DNA of 64,000 nucleotides from Octopus sinensis (Eukaryota). How positions within the stretch are numbered: position 1 is the stretch's first letter; each line of letters starts with the position of its first letter. This document shows positions 12,553 to 24,957 of the stretch, one piece after another. A program made the position numbers and the translations under genes. Under the pieces are notes generated by a model that was not told the origin of the DNA, searched no databases, and saw only the letters and a list, made by a program, of their open reading frames with translations. The DNA lies in the NCBI RefSeq assembly GCF_006345805.1, contig NC_043010.1:11966001-12030000 (forward strand), in the 5' to 3' direction.

Positions 12553-13463
12553 TATTAGGGACACTACATAGAACATAATACGATTGCACTAGATGTTTTA
12601 TTGGTTGAATGAGCAACCAGCATTCCTATGTTGATGGACATGGCATCATCAACTTCAATTTTCAAGTTTTAAAGTTTAAAGTTTTTTTAACTGATAGAAA
12701 TGTTGACTTCTCCTTTGTGATTCATATTTGAATGGTACCACAGCACCCATTGGTCCAGGGTTGGGCTCAACACTGGGGTTTAGTGAAAACTAACAGGGCT
12801 AACGAGCCAACTCTCTTTTACTTTTTACTTGTTTCAGTCATTTGACTGTGGCCATGCTGGAGCACCGCCTTTAGTCAAGCAAATCGACCCCGGGATTTAT
12901 TCTTTGTAAGCCCCCAGTACTTATTCTATCGGTCTCTTTGCCGAACCGCTAATGACGGGGACGTAAAACACACCAGCATCGGTTGTCAAGCAATGCTAGG
13001 GAAAAAACACAGGCACACAAACATATACACACACACTTATATATATAATATATACGACAGGCTTCTTTCAGTTTCCGTCTACCAAATCCAATCACAAGGC
13101 ATTGGTCGGCCCGGGGCTATAGCAGAAGACACTTGCCCAAGATGCCACTCAGTGGGACTGAACGCAGAACCATGTGGTTGTTTAGCAAGCTACTTACCAC
13201 ACAGCCACTCCTGCCGCCACAATGTCCAAAAGTGTGTATATATACCAATATATACCATATATCAGTCAACAAGAAACCTCTTCATGGTCAGTGGCGGCCT
13301 ACAAAAATGATAGCTGAATGTTCCCCTATTCGCATCCTACCATCTCAAATGGTGGACAATGTTGTTGTATATTTGCATATATGCAAAGAAGACAGGCTGG
13401 TCACAGTTGAAATTCCTTAAATTATAAGTTTATCCGATAATGTATAAGGGCTAAACAACAAGA

Positions 13464-13500
<37 letters not shown>

Positions 13501-13511
13501 CAGATAGATAA

Positions 13512-13557
<46 letters not shown>

Positions 13558-13653
13558 GATGACAGATAGATAAAAAGATAGATAGATAGATAGATAGATA
13601 GAAAGATAGATAGATAGATAGATAGATCGCTAGAGCAATAGATAGATAGATAA

Positions 13654-13718
<65 letters not shown>

Positions 13719-13719
13719 C

Positions 13720-13806
<87 letters not shown>

Positions 13807-14091
13807 CAATAGATAGATAGATAGATAAGTTTCTTTATTGCACACAGGGCTGCACACAGATGGGACAAGTTACAAGGTAGAGCTTTTCTTTGGGGGATGA
13901 AAACAACAAAAAACAAAAAAAACAAAGAAACACAACAAAAGTTGCTAGGCCTTTTTTTTGATCAAAAGGGATGTAAAAGGAGAAAAAAGAACAAAAAAGA
14001 ATTAAAAAAGGAAAAAAAAAAAAAAAAAAAAAAAAAGAAAGAAAAAAAGGAAAAGAACAAAGAAAAGGAAATAGATAGATAGATCGATAGC

Positions 14092-14133
<42 letters not shown>

Positions 14134-14384
14134 TATAGTAGATAGATAGAGAGATAGATAGATAGATAGATAGATATGGGCACATATGTACTTCTTTATG
14201 AGTCCTGCTTGTGTGGTCTCTGTCAGTGTGTGGATGTGGACAAATATGTGTGTGAAGAAATGTGTATGTAAGTGTGTGTCGGAGGGTGGGAGAGAGTGTT
14301 GAGTTGCGTGTACGTGCGACTAAATATTTATTCAATATTTATCATCTATTTTGTAATAATTATCTTTCACTCTACAGTGCCTCC
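12400..14384 (+). repeat. Second copy of the 3240-12299 locus lacking two LINE insertions (likely alternative haplotype)
   Basis: 12400-13826 matches ~3243-4590; 13827-14071 matches 5868-6073; ~14072-14384 matches 12003-12299. Confidence 0.88.
12811..13218 (-). mobile_element. SINE family A (duplicate of 3648-4056)
   Basis: Same sequence and flanks as 3648-4056. Confidence 0.9.
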
Positions 14385-14399
14385 AATGATATGTGTACA

Positions 14400-14890
14400 T
14401 TATATATATATATATATTATTATGTGTGTGTGTGTATATATATATATATATGTATATATATGTATATATATATATATGTATATATATATGATATATATAT
14501 ATGTATATATATGTATATCTATATATATGCATATATATATGTATATATATATATCTATATATTTATATATATGTATTTATATATATGTATATCTATATAT
14601 ATATACATGATATATATATGTATCTATATATATATATGCATTTATATATATGTATATATATAGATATATTGTAATATATATATTATATATATTTATATAT
14701 ATGTATTTATATATATGTATATATATACATATATATACTAGATATATACATACATATGTATACATATATATACACAACTATATACATATATATACACAAA
14801 CATATATATGCAAATACACACACACATATATTATAGATATATATGTATGGAATATATATATATTTATATTATATTATATATATATGAATG

Positions 14891-14955
<65 letters not shown>

Positions 14956-15215
14956 AAATATGTAATATATGTGTAATATAGATATATATGTGTATATATA
15001 TGTGTGCCCTATGTGTGTGAATATATATATGCATATATATACACACACATATATATATGTTATCTATTTATTTATTTATTTACACATCTATATGTATGTA
15101 TGTCTATGTATGTATATATATATATATATATTTATATATAAACACACATACTTAGATATATATATATGTGTATGTGTGTGTTTATGTTCATATATGTATA
15201 TATGTATGGATATAG
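14400..15215. repeat. Degenerate (TA)n microsatellite field
   Basis: Seen directly. Confidence 0.95.
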
Positions 15216-15494
15216 ACAATGCCATTACAAAATGACAGTGTCTGTCAGAATAGATGAACAGAAATTTATTGATGACTAAACATAATATAATGTTTGCATA
15301 ATTTCAATTCAGCTTCATCATATTAACGGAGGGAAATTATATCTAATCCTGATATCCACATCATTATCATAATTGTATTTATTGTTTATTGTGATCAGCC
15401 TTATCATCACCAGCACCAACAACAAGAATCACTACTATCATCCACATCAGCAGCAATGCAACCACCACAACCGCTATGACCATCACCCTCAGCA

Positions 15495-15496
15495 GC

Positions 15497-15528
<32 letters not shown>

Positions 15529-15529
15529 C

Positions 15530-15590
<61 letters not shown>

Positions 15591-15598
15591 ATCACCAC

Positions 15599-15650
<52 letters not shown>

Positions 15651-15779
15651 GTCGTCATCATCATCATCACCACCACCACCACCACCACCACCACTACCAC
15701 TATCATCATCATCATCATCATCGTCATCATCATCATCATCATCACCACCACCACCACCACCACCACCACCACCACCACT

Positions 15780-15828
<49 letters not shown>

Positions 15829-16060
15829 CCACCACCACCACCACCACCATCACCACTACCATCATCATCACAAACCTTGCTTGATTCAACATCTGCTGCA
15901 CCACTACATCATCTTCATCATCATCATCATCATCTTCATCTTCATCTTCATCATCGTCGTCACTGTCGTTATCATCATCATCATCATCATCACTACCACC
16001 ACCATCATCATCATCATCATTATCATCATCGCTACCACCATCACTATCATTGTCATCAAT
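15495..16060. repeat. (CAT)n/(CAC)n triplet field
   Basis: Seen directly; source of the poly-H/S/P ORFs. Confidence 0.95.
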
Positions 16061-16629
16061 GGAACCTCTGCATAGCTGTTCTACATGATGATAAAATTAG
16101 CAGCCAAATCTCCCTCAGATCACATCTATTACCTTACAAAAAAAGGACACATTCAACGATATAGTCCTAGATATATTTTGCATAAAATATAAATGAAATG
16201 AAATGAAACAGACAAATACAATCTTCAATGCTACAATGTCTGAGACAGATTTTTCTTCAGGCTAAACAGTAACAGACAACATCGCCATCACCATCATCGT
16301 AACCACCACCACAATCACAATCGTCATCATCATCATCATTATCATCATCATCCATTACCATTAAACAATAACTGTCACTGTTTCTATGTCAGGTGTTAAT
16401 ATCTTGTTTATCACACTGTTTAATTAACTGTTGCTTTCCAGTACGACTGCCCTAACGATATGCAGTAAAATTGAAGCTAACAGATGTGATATTCTTACAT
16501 TTCCCAGGTTTCTTTAGTTCTTTAGTTCTTCAGACCAGACTGGAGCACTGCCTTCAGATGAATTTTTTTTTTTTTTTTTCTAAGTGCCAAGGAAGAAGGA
16601 CAGTACCTGAGACCTTGTTTAAGACAACA

Positions 16630-16797
16630 ACATTGCTTGACAACTGATGCTGGTATGTTTACATCCCCATAACTTAGCGGTTCAGCAAAAGAGACCCATA
16701 AAATAAGTACTGGGCTTACAAAGAATAAGTCCATGCTCCAGCATGGCCACAGTCAAATGACTGAAACAAGTAAATGAGTAAAAGAGTAAAAGAGTAA
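16630..16797 (+). mobile_element. SINE family A, 3' fragment
   Basis: cattgcttgacaac...gactgaaacaagtaa...(agtaaaag)n. Confidence 0.85.
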
Positions 16798-16852
16798 GCA
16801 TTGATGATAATTCAAAAGCAACAACAGCTGAGAGAAGCAAGACTTTCCTTAA

Positions 16853-17075
16853 CCCTTTAGCCTTCAGATTATTTTGTCAAATGTATTGTTCGTTAATTCA
16901 CATCGTTTTGAATTAATTGTGTATTATCATATAGTTTAAAGATTTTGATTACATGATTGTTTATTTTTTAGAATGACATTGTACGATTGATGTTAGAGGC
17001 CAAATTTGGTTGGTTTGAACATAAAACAGCTAGAATATTTTGGGGCTGTATATGGCCAGTTTAAATACAAAAGGG
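16853..17075. mobile_element. piggyBac-like MITE, diverged
   Basis: ttaa-ccctttag start; internal similarity to the reverse complement of 1226-1445. Confidence 0.65.
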
Positions 17076-17315
17076 GAGACAGTGTTGAGAAAACAAGACT
17101 CCAACTGGAGAGACACAGCAAAGACTGCCAAGAGTCAGGAGCAGTAAAGAAGAGTCACCAATGGCTAACATTCCGTGTGGAGTAAGTACGTAAGTCTATG
17201 AATGGTCAAGTGTTTTCACACATCTGAGTTGGATTATTTTTCCGTACACATAACATCTTTTGATGGTGGACCCTTAATTTGGTGAAGGCTGCTTTGTGTT
17301 GCTTGTAGCCATTTA

Positions 17316-17480
17316 TCAGCCGGTTGACTCACGGAGGCCAGAAAGAAATGCATCTAGGTACATTTTAAAGGTCTCAGCGTAAAGTTTGACCAAGTTTTGT
17401 AGACCTTTAGGGAAAGGTAGTTGTATAATTAATTGTGGACCTTTAAATGCCAAAATGCTGTTGTTTGGTTTCCTAATGGA
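17316..17480 (-). mobile_element. Old CR1/L2-group LINE fragment
   Basis: LAFKGPQL...LPFPKGLQNL...FKMYLDAFLSG is similar to the peptide at 1958-2146. Confidence 0.55.
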
Positions 17481-18002
17481 AGAACTGAACTGGAGGAAGG
17501 GAGTGTTGTGGGGTCTGGGAGGATTTCCTATTTCACTTCCACTTGTTCTTTTGTTTTTTTTTGTTTTTTTTGGCATGTCAAAATTCAGAATGATGTTTTT
17601 GAGAATTATGGCATCATCAACAGCACAAATGTTGGAGTATTCTCATCAGCATTCTTAAAGAGTAGAGATGCAAAACATAGAGGCGTTTCCAGCAATTTAG
17701 ATGAGTGACTTTGGTTATTGTTTCTGTGTGTGGTGTAGCTGCAGTAACATAACTACATCTTCCCTTTACACACACATATAATACATCTTAAAAAATGTAA
17801 ACAATGACGATGATGATGATGATGATGATGATGATGACGATGATGATGGTGACGATGATGCTAAGGATGATGATAATGATGTAAATGTTTGTGAGTGTAT
17901 GTGTACATGTATACACAAGACAGGCACACACTCACACAGTTACACACACACACACATGCATATACACGTAATCATCACCATCATCGTCACTGTCATCATC
18001 AT

Positions 18003-18170
18003 GGTTGTCAAGCAATGTTGGGGGGACAAACACAGACACACAAACATATACACACACATGTATATATACATATACATATATACGACGGGCTTCTTTCAGT
18101 TTCAGTCTATCAAATCCACTCACAAGGCTTCGGTCGGCCCAAAGCTATAGCAGAAGACACTTGCCCAAGA
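18003..18170 (-). mobile_element. SINE family A, middle fragment
   Basis: ggttgtcaagcaatg...cttctttcagtttc...agaagacacttgcccaag. Confidence 0.85.
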
Positions 18171-18365
18171 AGCATTTAGTATCATGAAAAAATGTCCTGA
18201 TTAATTGCAGATATCTTTGTGTATTACACATAACCAGAAAAATTTATTTTGAATTTTTTTTGAAAAATTATTCAGCTTGCCAGAAGAATTAAGAAATAGA
18301 TATATCCCATATTCCATAAAACTTTTAGCATCTGTCTGTGTGTTTGTATGCCAAACTTTATGTAT

Positions 18366-18527
18366 AGGCACAAGAGTGACTGTGTAGTAAGAAGCTTGCT
18401 TCACATTCACGTGGTCCCTAGTACAATCCCACTGTGTGGCACCTTGGGCAAGTGTCTTCTACTATAGCCTCAGGTTGATCAAAGCCTATGAGAGGATTTT
18501 GTAGATGGAAACTGAAAGAAGCCCATC

Positions 18528-18563
<36 letters not shown>

Positions 18564-18744
18564 ATGTGCATCGTTGTGTCTGTATTTGTTCCCTACCACC
18601 GTTTGACAACTGGAGCTGGTGTGATTATATCCCTGTAACTTAGCAGTTTGGCAAGTTACAATCTTAAGAAAAATAAATAAGATTCTTCAAGGCAGTGCCC
18701 CAGCATGGCCACCGTCTAATGACTGAAACAAGTAAAATATAAAA
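18366..18744 (+). mobile_element. SINE family A, older diverged copy
   Basis: Same modular layout with many substitutions. Confidence 0.8.
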
Positions 18745-18834
18745 ACTATTTAATTTTGAAACATGGAGAGCCGCATCTCATATCATTTTTATTACATTTA
18801 TAGAGCGGAAATTTTGTACATATAATATTTGGTT

Positions 18835-19200
18835 CCTATAACACCGATACCAGCGCCGCCTCGACTGGCTTCTGAGCCGGTGGCACATAAAAAGCAACAT
18901 CCAAATGTGGCCGATGCCAGTGCCGCCTTGCCTGGCTTCCGTGCCGGTGGCACGTTAAAAGCACCAACCGATCATGGCCAATGCCAGACCCCCACCTGGC
19001 ACCTGTGCAGGTGGCACGTAAAAAGCACCCACTACACTCACGGAGTGGTTGGCGTTAGGAAGGGCATCCAGCCGTAGAAACACTGCCAGATCAGACTGGG
19101 CCTGGTGCTGCCCCTGGCTTTCCAGATCCTGGTCGAACCGTCCAACCCGTGCTAGCGTGGAAAATGGACGTTAAACGATGATGATGATGATGATGATGAT
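18835..19200 (+). mobile_element. RTE-derived non-autonomous element
   Basis: ggcgttaggaagggcatccagccgtagaaa plus the 3' end ccgtccaaccc.tgctagc.tggaaa..ggacgttaaacg(atg)n; internal repeated ggcacgtaaaaagcac units. Confidence 0.75.
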
Positions 19201-19646
19201 AACACATAAAAACAGTTATGTATATTTAGAAAATTTTTCAAAATAATGAGAAAGACACCAAATGTCTTAAAGCTAACATTTGGTACCCACGTCTTTCAGA
19301 AACATTTTTTTGCACACTCAAAATTGACGAAGCATAGAAGGAAATTTCTGCATCATTTGTTAGCTGTCAGGACAATCTATATCCTTCAAAAGTTCCATGC
19401 TTCATGCTTCCCAAAATTTACCAGTACAACTTCTGACATCCCTATTCACAGTTTCCTCTTTACTGTTCTTTTAGTGTTCACCCTTCTGGGTTTTCTTTTT
19501 TTTATTGTGTTTTATCCAATATGTATCATGGATGTACAATTGGCTATCATTTCTGTCTTTCTCTTCTTGAAATGTTGCCACTTTTTATCCCTTCTTTTAC
19601 TCTTCCCTTATGTGTTATAGTTAAGTCAATAATAAGCTTATTATTA

Positions 19647-19695
<49 letters not shown>

Positions 19696-19727
19696 CATTA
19701 TTATTATCATTATTATTATTATTATTA

Positions 19728-20856
19728 TGTTTTTTCCTTCTTTCTTCAAATTTTCTTCCGTTTCTCGCCGAGTGTTTTCCATACACCTAGGGCAGAGAAA
19801 GGCATTGCATGCATTCCCAGATTACACACGCAAATTCACAGATAAAATATGTATTCAAAAATTAATAAATAAATTCAAGGATGGATGTTATTTTCACAGC
19901 GATAGTGTTCTTCTCAGTACATGAGCCGTTCCAGTTAATACGATTTTTTGCACTTCCTGTAGGGATGTTAGGCCTGGAATCATTTTCAAATAGGTTTCAG
20001 TACCTTTTTTTATCATTCCTAGAGATCCTACAATCACTGGTACTGTAGTCACCTTGAGATGCCACATTTTTTCAATTTCTATTAGCAGGTCTTTATATTT
20101 ACTAATCTTGACAAATTCTTTCGCTGCTATATTGTGATCGCAAGGGATACTCATGTCAATTAATAAACACTTCTTTTTTGTCTGATCTATAATAATAATA
20201 TCCGGTTTATTAGCTTTTATAGTCATGTCGGTCTGTATGGGGAAGTCCCATAGAATCGACACATTTTCTCCCTCAGTCACAGCTTCAGGATGGTGTTTAT
20301 ACCATTTATCAGCAATTTTGATTTTATAATACCGACATATTGTCCAATGTAAATACTGGCCAACTCTGTCATGTTTTGCTTATATCTGCAGGTGCTAAGA
20401 CTTACACCCTGAGATTAGGTGGTCTATTGTTTCAATCTCATCGTACAGAATTGGCATTTGAGTCAGCTCCATTTTTTATCACATTGGCTTGGTTTTGGGT
20501 TAATAAGCTTTGGTCTTGAGCAGCTAATATGAAACCTTCACTCTCTGCTTTTAGCCCTGAGCTTCATAACCATTGGTGTGTGTGTTTCTGGTCGACATCA
20601 GCTTGTTTGCTACGGGCCACATACTTGCCATGGAGAGTTTCTGTTCCCATCTGCTAGCTAAATTTTCATGGCTTTTGTCTTTGCAATTAATTTTATTTTC
20701 TTTGCAGCGGCAGTTGGCATTTCCTTCAGCCTGATCAATCTGGTGGGTATCTAGAGATCAGCATTGAATTTTTTGCTCTTTGAGAATAGAGTGAAGGTTT
20801 TTCAGTCTTCATGTTTTTCAACAAGCTTTAGCATCCAATCGTTGGTTGCTTCAAGG
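19728..20856 (-). mobile_element. R4/Dong-like RLE non-LTR retrotransposon, 5'-truncated
   Basis: ORF 19894-20280 ILWDFPIQTD..IKANKPDIIIID...LIDMSIP...KISKYKDL...VPVIVGSLG; upstream frameshifted GLKAESEGFILAAQDQ, C..C..ETIDHLISGC, HDRV; (TAA)n on both sides. Confidence 0.9.
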
Positions 20857-20880
20857 TTATTATTATTATTATTATTATTT

Positions 20881-21310
20881 CATTTTTTTGCACAGCTTCA
20901 AATACTGGAGATGTATTACGGTGTCAGCTGTTCACCCCTTATTCTTTGAACACCATCCGGAGTATTCAAGTGGTTCCAAGCAGTGCTGTTTTCTGCAAGT
21001 GCTCCACCCTTATCACAGCCCCTATTTGTTCCCTGTACTTCTCAAGATTTTTATTCACTGTTCCCAGAGCTCAGACAATTATTGGTAATACTACCACCTT
21101 TTTGATCAACCACAGCTGCTTAACCTCCCAAGCTAACCTGTCATATCTATCAACTTTTCTTTCTACCTTATCTCATACCTTGTTGTCAGTTGGACATGCT
21201 ATATCTATGATCCAGCATCATTTGCTTTCTTTCTCAATTAACAATATGTCAGGTTTCCTATTCTCTATCTCATGGTTGTGCTGAATCATAAAATCCCATA
21301 GGGTCTTTGC
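20881..21310 (-). mobile_element. Second R4/Dong-like RLE 3' fragment (different, older subfamily)
   Basis: My minus-strand translation: LWDFMIQHNHEIENRKPDILLIEK...IIDIACP...KVDRYDRLAWEVKQLW...LPIIV*ALGTV...LQKTALLGT, with stops; (TAA)n on both sides. Confidence 0.8.
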
Positions 21311-21774
21311 TTATTATTATTATTATTATCATTATTATTACAAAATCTTGGCATGGATGTGTACAGGTCTAAATATATGCTCTTATGTATATGTGTCAGA
21401 ATTGGGATAATTTGTTTAACTAGTTTCAGTTTGAAAGCTGCGGCCATGCTGGGGCATGTATGGATTGTGTGTATGTATGAGGTGCGTGAGAGTTTGTGTG
21501 AACTGTGCAAGTATTCATGCATTTATGTGCATTTGTAAACATGCACTGTGAACATATATGTGAATGTATATGTGTGACAGTGTGGGTCTGCATATATAAA
21601 CTGTATGTGTATATTTATATAAATATATGTGTTCATTTATATATGTCTGTGTGTGTGTGTGCATGTGTGTATGTATGTACATGTGCGTGTGTGTATGTAT
21701 ATGTATGCATGTAAGTGTATACAATATATATATACATATATACATGTAAAATATTACTCATGGCAGTGCCACAT

Positions 21775-21954
21775 ATGTAAGAGTGCTCATGCTGGTACCA
21801 CATTAAGGCACCTAGCACACACTCTAAAGTGGTTGGCATGTTAGGAATATATATAGAAGCTATACCAAATGAGACAGGAACCTGATGCAGTTCACCAGCT
21901 TATCAGCTCTGGTCCAACTGTCCAACCCATGCCAGCATGGAAAATTGACGTTAA

Positions 21955-22003
<49 letters not shown>
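21775..22003 (+). mobile_element. RTE-derived element, diverged
   Basis: gtggttggcatgttagga...tccaacccatgccagcatggaaaattgacgttaaag(gat)n. Confidence 0.7.
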
Positions 22004-22004
<1 letters not shown>

Positions 22005-22018
22005 ATGTATATCAACAA

Positions 22019-22019
<1 letters not shown>

Positions 22020-22049
<30 letters not shown>

Positions 22050-22093
22050 AAGATAGAGACATAGATAGGTAGATAGACATACAGACAGACAGG

Positions 22094-22156
<63 letters not shown>

Positions 22157-22175
22157 TAGATAGATAGATAGATTT
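22020..22175. repeat. (GACA)n/(GATA)n array without LINE insertion
   Basis: Seen directly. Confidence 0.9.
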
Positions 22176-22429
22176 ATGTATGTATGAATATGTATATAAG
22201 TATGCATGTAAAAATGTATAGTCTATTATTTTGAATGTGTGCATTTATATACATGCATATGTAGATTATCTTCATGCATGCATGTTAGTAAGAAAACCTG
22301 AATATTTCTGTGTGAAAATATTCACATTTGTATACATATTTTTTTGTCTATGTGTATATATGAGAAAGAGAGAGAGACAGAGGCAGACAGAGACAGAGTG
22401 AGAGAGAGAGAGACAGAGACAGAGACATT

Positions 22430-22444
22430 AGATATATTATATAT

Positions 22445-22476
<32 letters not shown>

Positions 22477-22893
22477 CATACATATATATATATACATATA
22501 TATACATATATACAGATATATATATATATATAATATATAATATATATATATATATATACATATATAATAGACATATATATATATATATTACATATATATA
22601 TACATAATATATACATAAATATATATACATATATATATATATACATATATTTATATAAATACATATATATATATACATATATATATATATATTAATATAT
22701 ATATACATATATATACATACATATATATATATATACATATATTTATACATACATATATATATAAATATAATATATATACATATATATATTAAATATATAT
22801 AATATACATACATATATATATATAAATATATATATATATACATATATATATACATATATATACATACATATATATATATACATACATATATAT

Positions 22894-22924
<31 letters not shown>

Positions 22925-22948
22925 CATATATATATAACATATATATAT
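22430..22948. repeat. (TA)n field
   Basis: Seen directly. Confidence 0.95.
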
Positions 22949-23601
22949 GTCTTCAAGAACACTTGTGCAAAGCCACTTTAAAGCAATGCAACTGTAAGTA
23001 GCAAATCTGCCACGAGCAACAAAAACCTCTGACGAGAGAGAAAGAGAGAGAGAGAGAGAGAGGAGAGAGAGAAAGAAATACAATTTAGATCAACCAGCCA
23101 TTCAACAATCAACCTGCGTGGCAAAACAATTCCTCTCCTTAATCAGTAAAACACTTCTACAAAAACAAAAAAAAGTACTATAAATTATTCCACGGGAACA
23201 ATATAAAAGTCAGTTATTTTACAACCTCTTTTATAAGGAAAATCAATTCATTGCTTAACCACAGGATCCATGGAAAGAAAACAAATCGCAACAATGTATT
23301 TCTCAAAGCTCTGAGTCATGCCTTTTGAATAAAGTGATCAGTAACTGTGTTATGTATCAAGTCAATTCAACTAAATAAATAAATAGCAATACTGTATCTA
23401 CATTGGCTTAACAGAGAACACATTTAAGAACAGACTAATAGAATATGAACACTTTCAAAGACTAACATAAGGAAAATATCGTACTTAAAGCATGTTTAGC
23501 AAAAGAATAGAATGAGTCTACCAACATCGCAAAGATTGGATTGAACCACTTTCTAAAATAACAATTCAAATTTGTGCCTTCTTTATTGTTTGAATGTGAT
23601 G

Positions 23602-23823
23602 TACAAGCGGGTACTGAAAAGTTCCTGATGTTAGGTAAAAGAAAATACAGAAGGATCAGTTAATTATGATTTTATTCAACATATTCCCATCTCAGATTTA
23701 CACACTTATTGCAGTGGTCCTTTAGTTTTTTTAAGCTCTTTAAAAGAACTCAGACTGTTGGGCTTCCAACCAGGCCTTTCACAATACCCATAAAACCAGT
23801 AACTTTTTGGCACCCCTTTGCTA
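23602..23823. mobile_element. Tc1/mariner-like MITE
   Basis: Imperfect TIRs tacaagcgggtactgaaaagttcctg / ccagtaactttttggcacccctttgcta with TA ends. Confidence 0.65.
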
Positions 23824-24131
23824 TACATCATAAAGCATACCACATCAATAGAAAGCCAGAACTAAAATAGACTTGCAGACATAGTATGAAAATTTTGCTT
23901 CAGTTTTGGAGGAATAACAGACAGGGAGCACTGCTGATATCATACATCAGATTTTTTTAAATTCTCACCTGCAGTTGTGGTAATAGTACTGCTGAACAGG
24001 GTGTACCATGGTTGTGGCAACAGTACCCTAAAATAAACTGTACTACAGATCTAGAAAACAATCAGTTATATGCAAATTAGTTGTGGTTCTTCCCAAAATG
24101 CCTTTATAACAAATGTTGAGTGATGGATAAG

Positions 24132-24514
24132 TGGAGGCGCAATGGCCCAGTGGTTAGGGCAGCGGACTCGTGGTCGTAGGATCGCGGTTTCGATTCCCAG
24201 ACCGGGCGTTGTGAGTGTTTATTGAGCGAAAACACCTAAAGCTCCACGAGGCTCCGGCAGGAGATGGTGGTGATCCCTGCTGTACTCTTTCACCACAACT
24301 TTCTCTCACTCTTACTTCCTGTTTCTGTTGTACCTGTATTTCAAAGGGCCGGCCTTGTCACTCTCTGTGTCACGCTGAATATCCCCGAGAACTACGTTAA
24401 GGGTACACGTGTCTCTGGAGTGCTCAGCCACTTACACGTTAATTTCACGAGCAGGCTGTTCCGTTGATCGGATCAACCGGAACCCTCGTCGTCGTAACTG
24501 ACGGAGTGCTTCCA
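24132..24514 (+). mobile_element. tRNA-derived SINE family B, tail type 1
   Basis: ggcgcaatggcccagtggttagggcagcggactcg...ggtttcgattccc (A and B boxes) followed by a body shared with the 51030 and 56690 copies. Confidence 0.88.
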
Positions 24515-24957
24515 TGTGATGGATAGCTTCATAACTAGAGATAAAACAGACTGACCCTATCATTGCCTCTGCTAGTAAAAAGTAGATTTACTTTCCAAGT
24601 GAAGGGCAGATTGTTTTATGTGTAGGCAATGCAAAAATATTTTTACTCATACAGTTTTGTTTCTTTTTTTCTACAAGGTGCAATGTTACTTTATTGCAAA
24701 ACACCAACACCAACTGAATAAGTGAAAAGATCGGAAAGAAATGCATTATAACAAAGTTTCATGTCCTTGTAGAATTCTTTGAATAATCATCAGATGAGAA
24801 TGCAATATCAGAACTGCTAGCATTATACCAATGAATGCAATTTGACTGTGAGAAGATAGTAATTTCCATGTTGCATTCTTATGCGATAACCCGAAGGATA
24901 TCGTATGAATATGAAGCTTGAAATAATGAAATAGTAAAGTGAACTATAATTAACATA

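Noticed and set aside
15373-16164. Poly-His/Ser/Pro ORFs (similarly 35388, 37208, 40616-41676, 59578-60351)
   Set aside because: Triplet microsatellite artefacts.
16075-16265. Faint similarity with 51500-51680, 60690-60885 and 63625-63795 (atagcagccaaatctccctca-like)
   Set aside because: Probably an ancient dispersed repeat, but too diverged to delimit or classify by eye.
24136-24210. Possible tRNA gene (also the heads at 2815, 39380-39425, 51310-51370, 56920-56984)
   Set aside because: No clean acceptor stem or terminator; each continues into a repeated SINE body.
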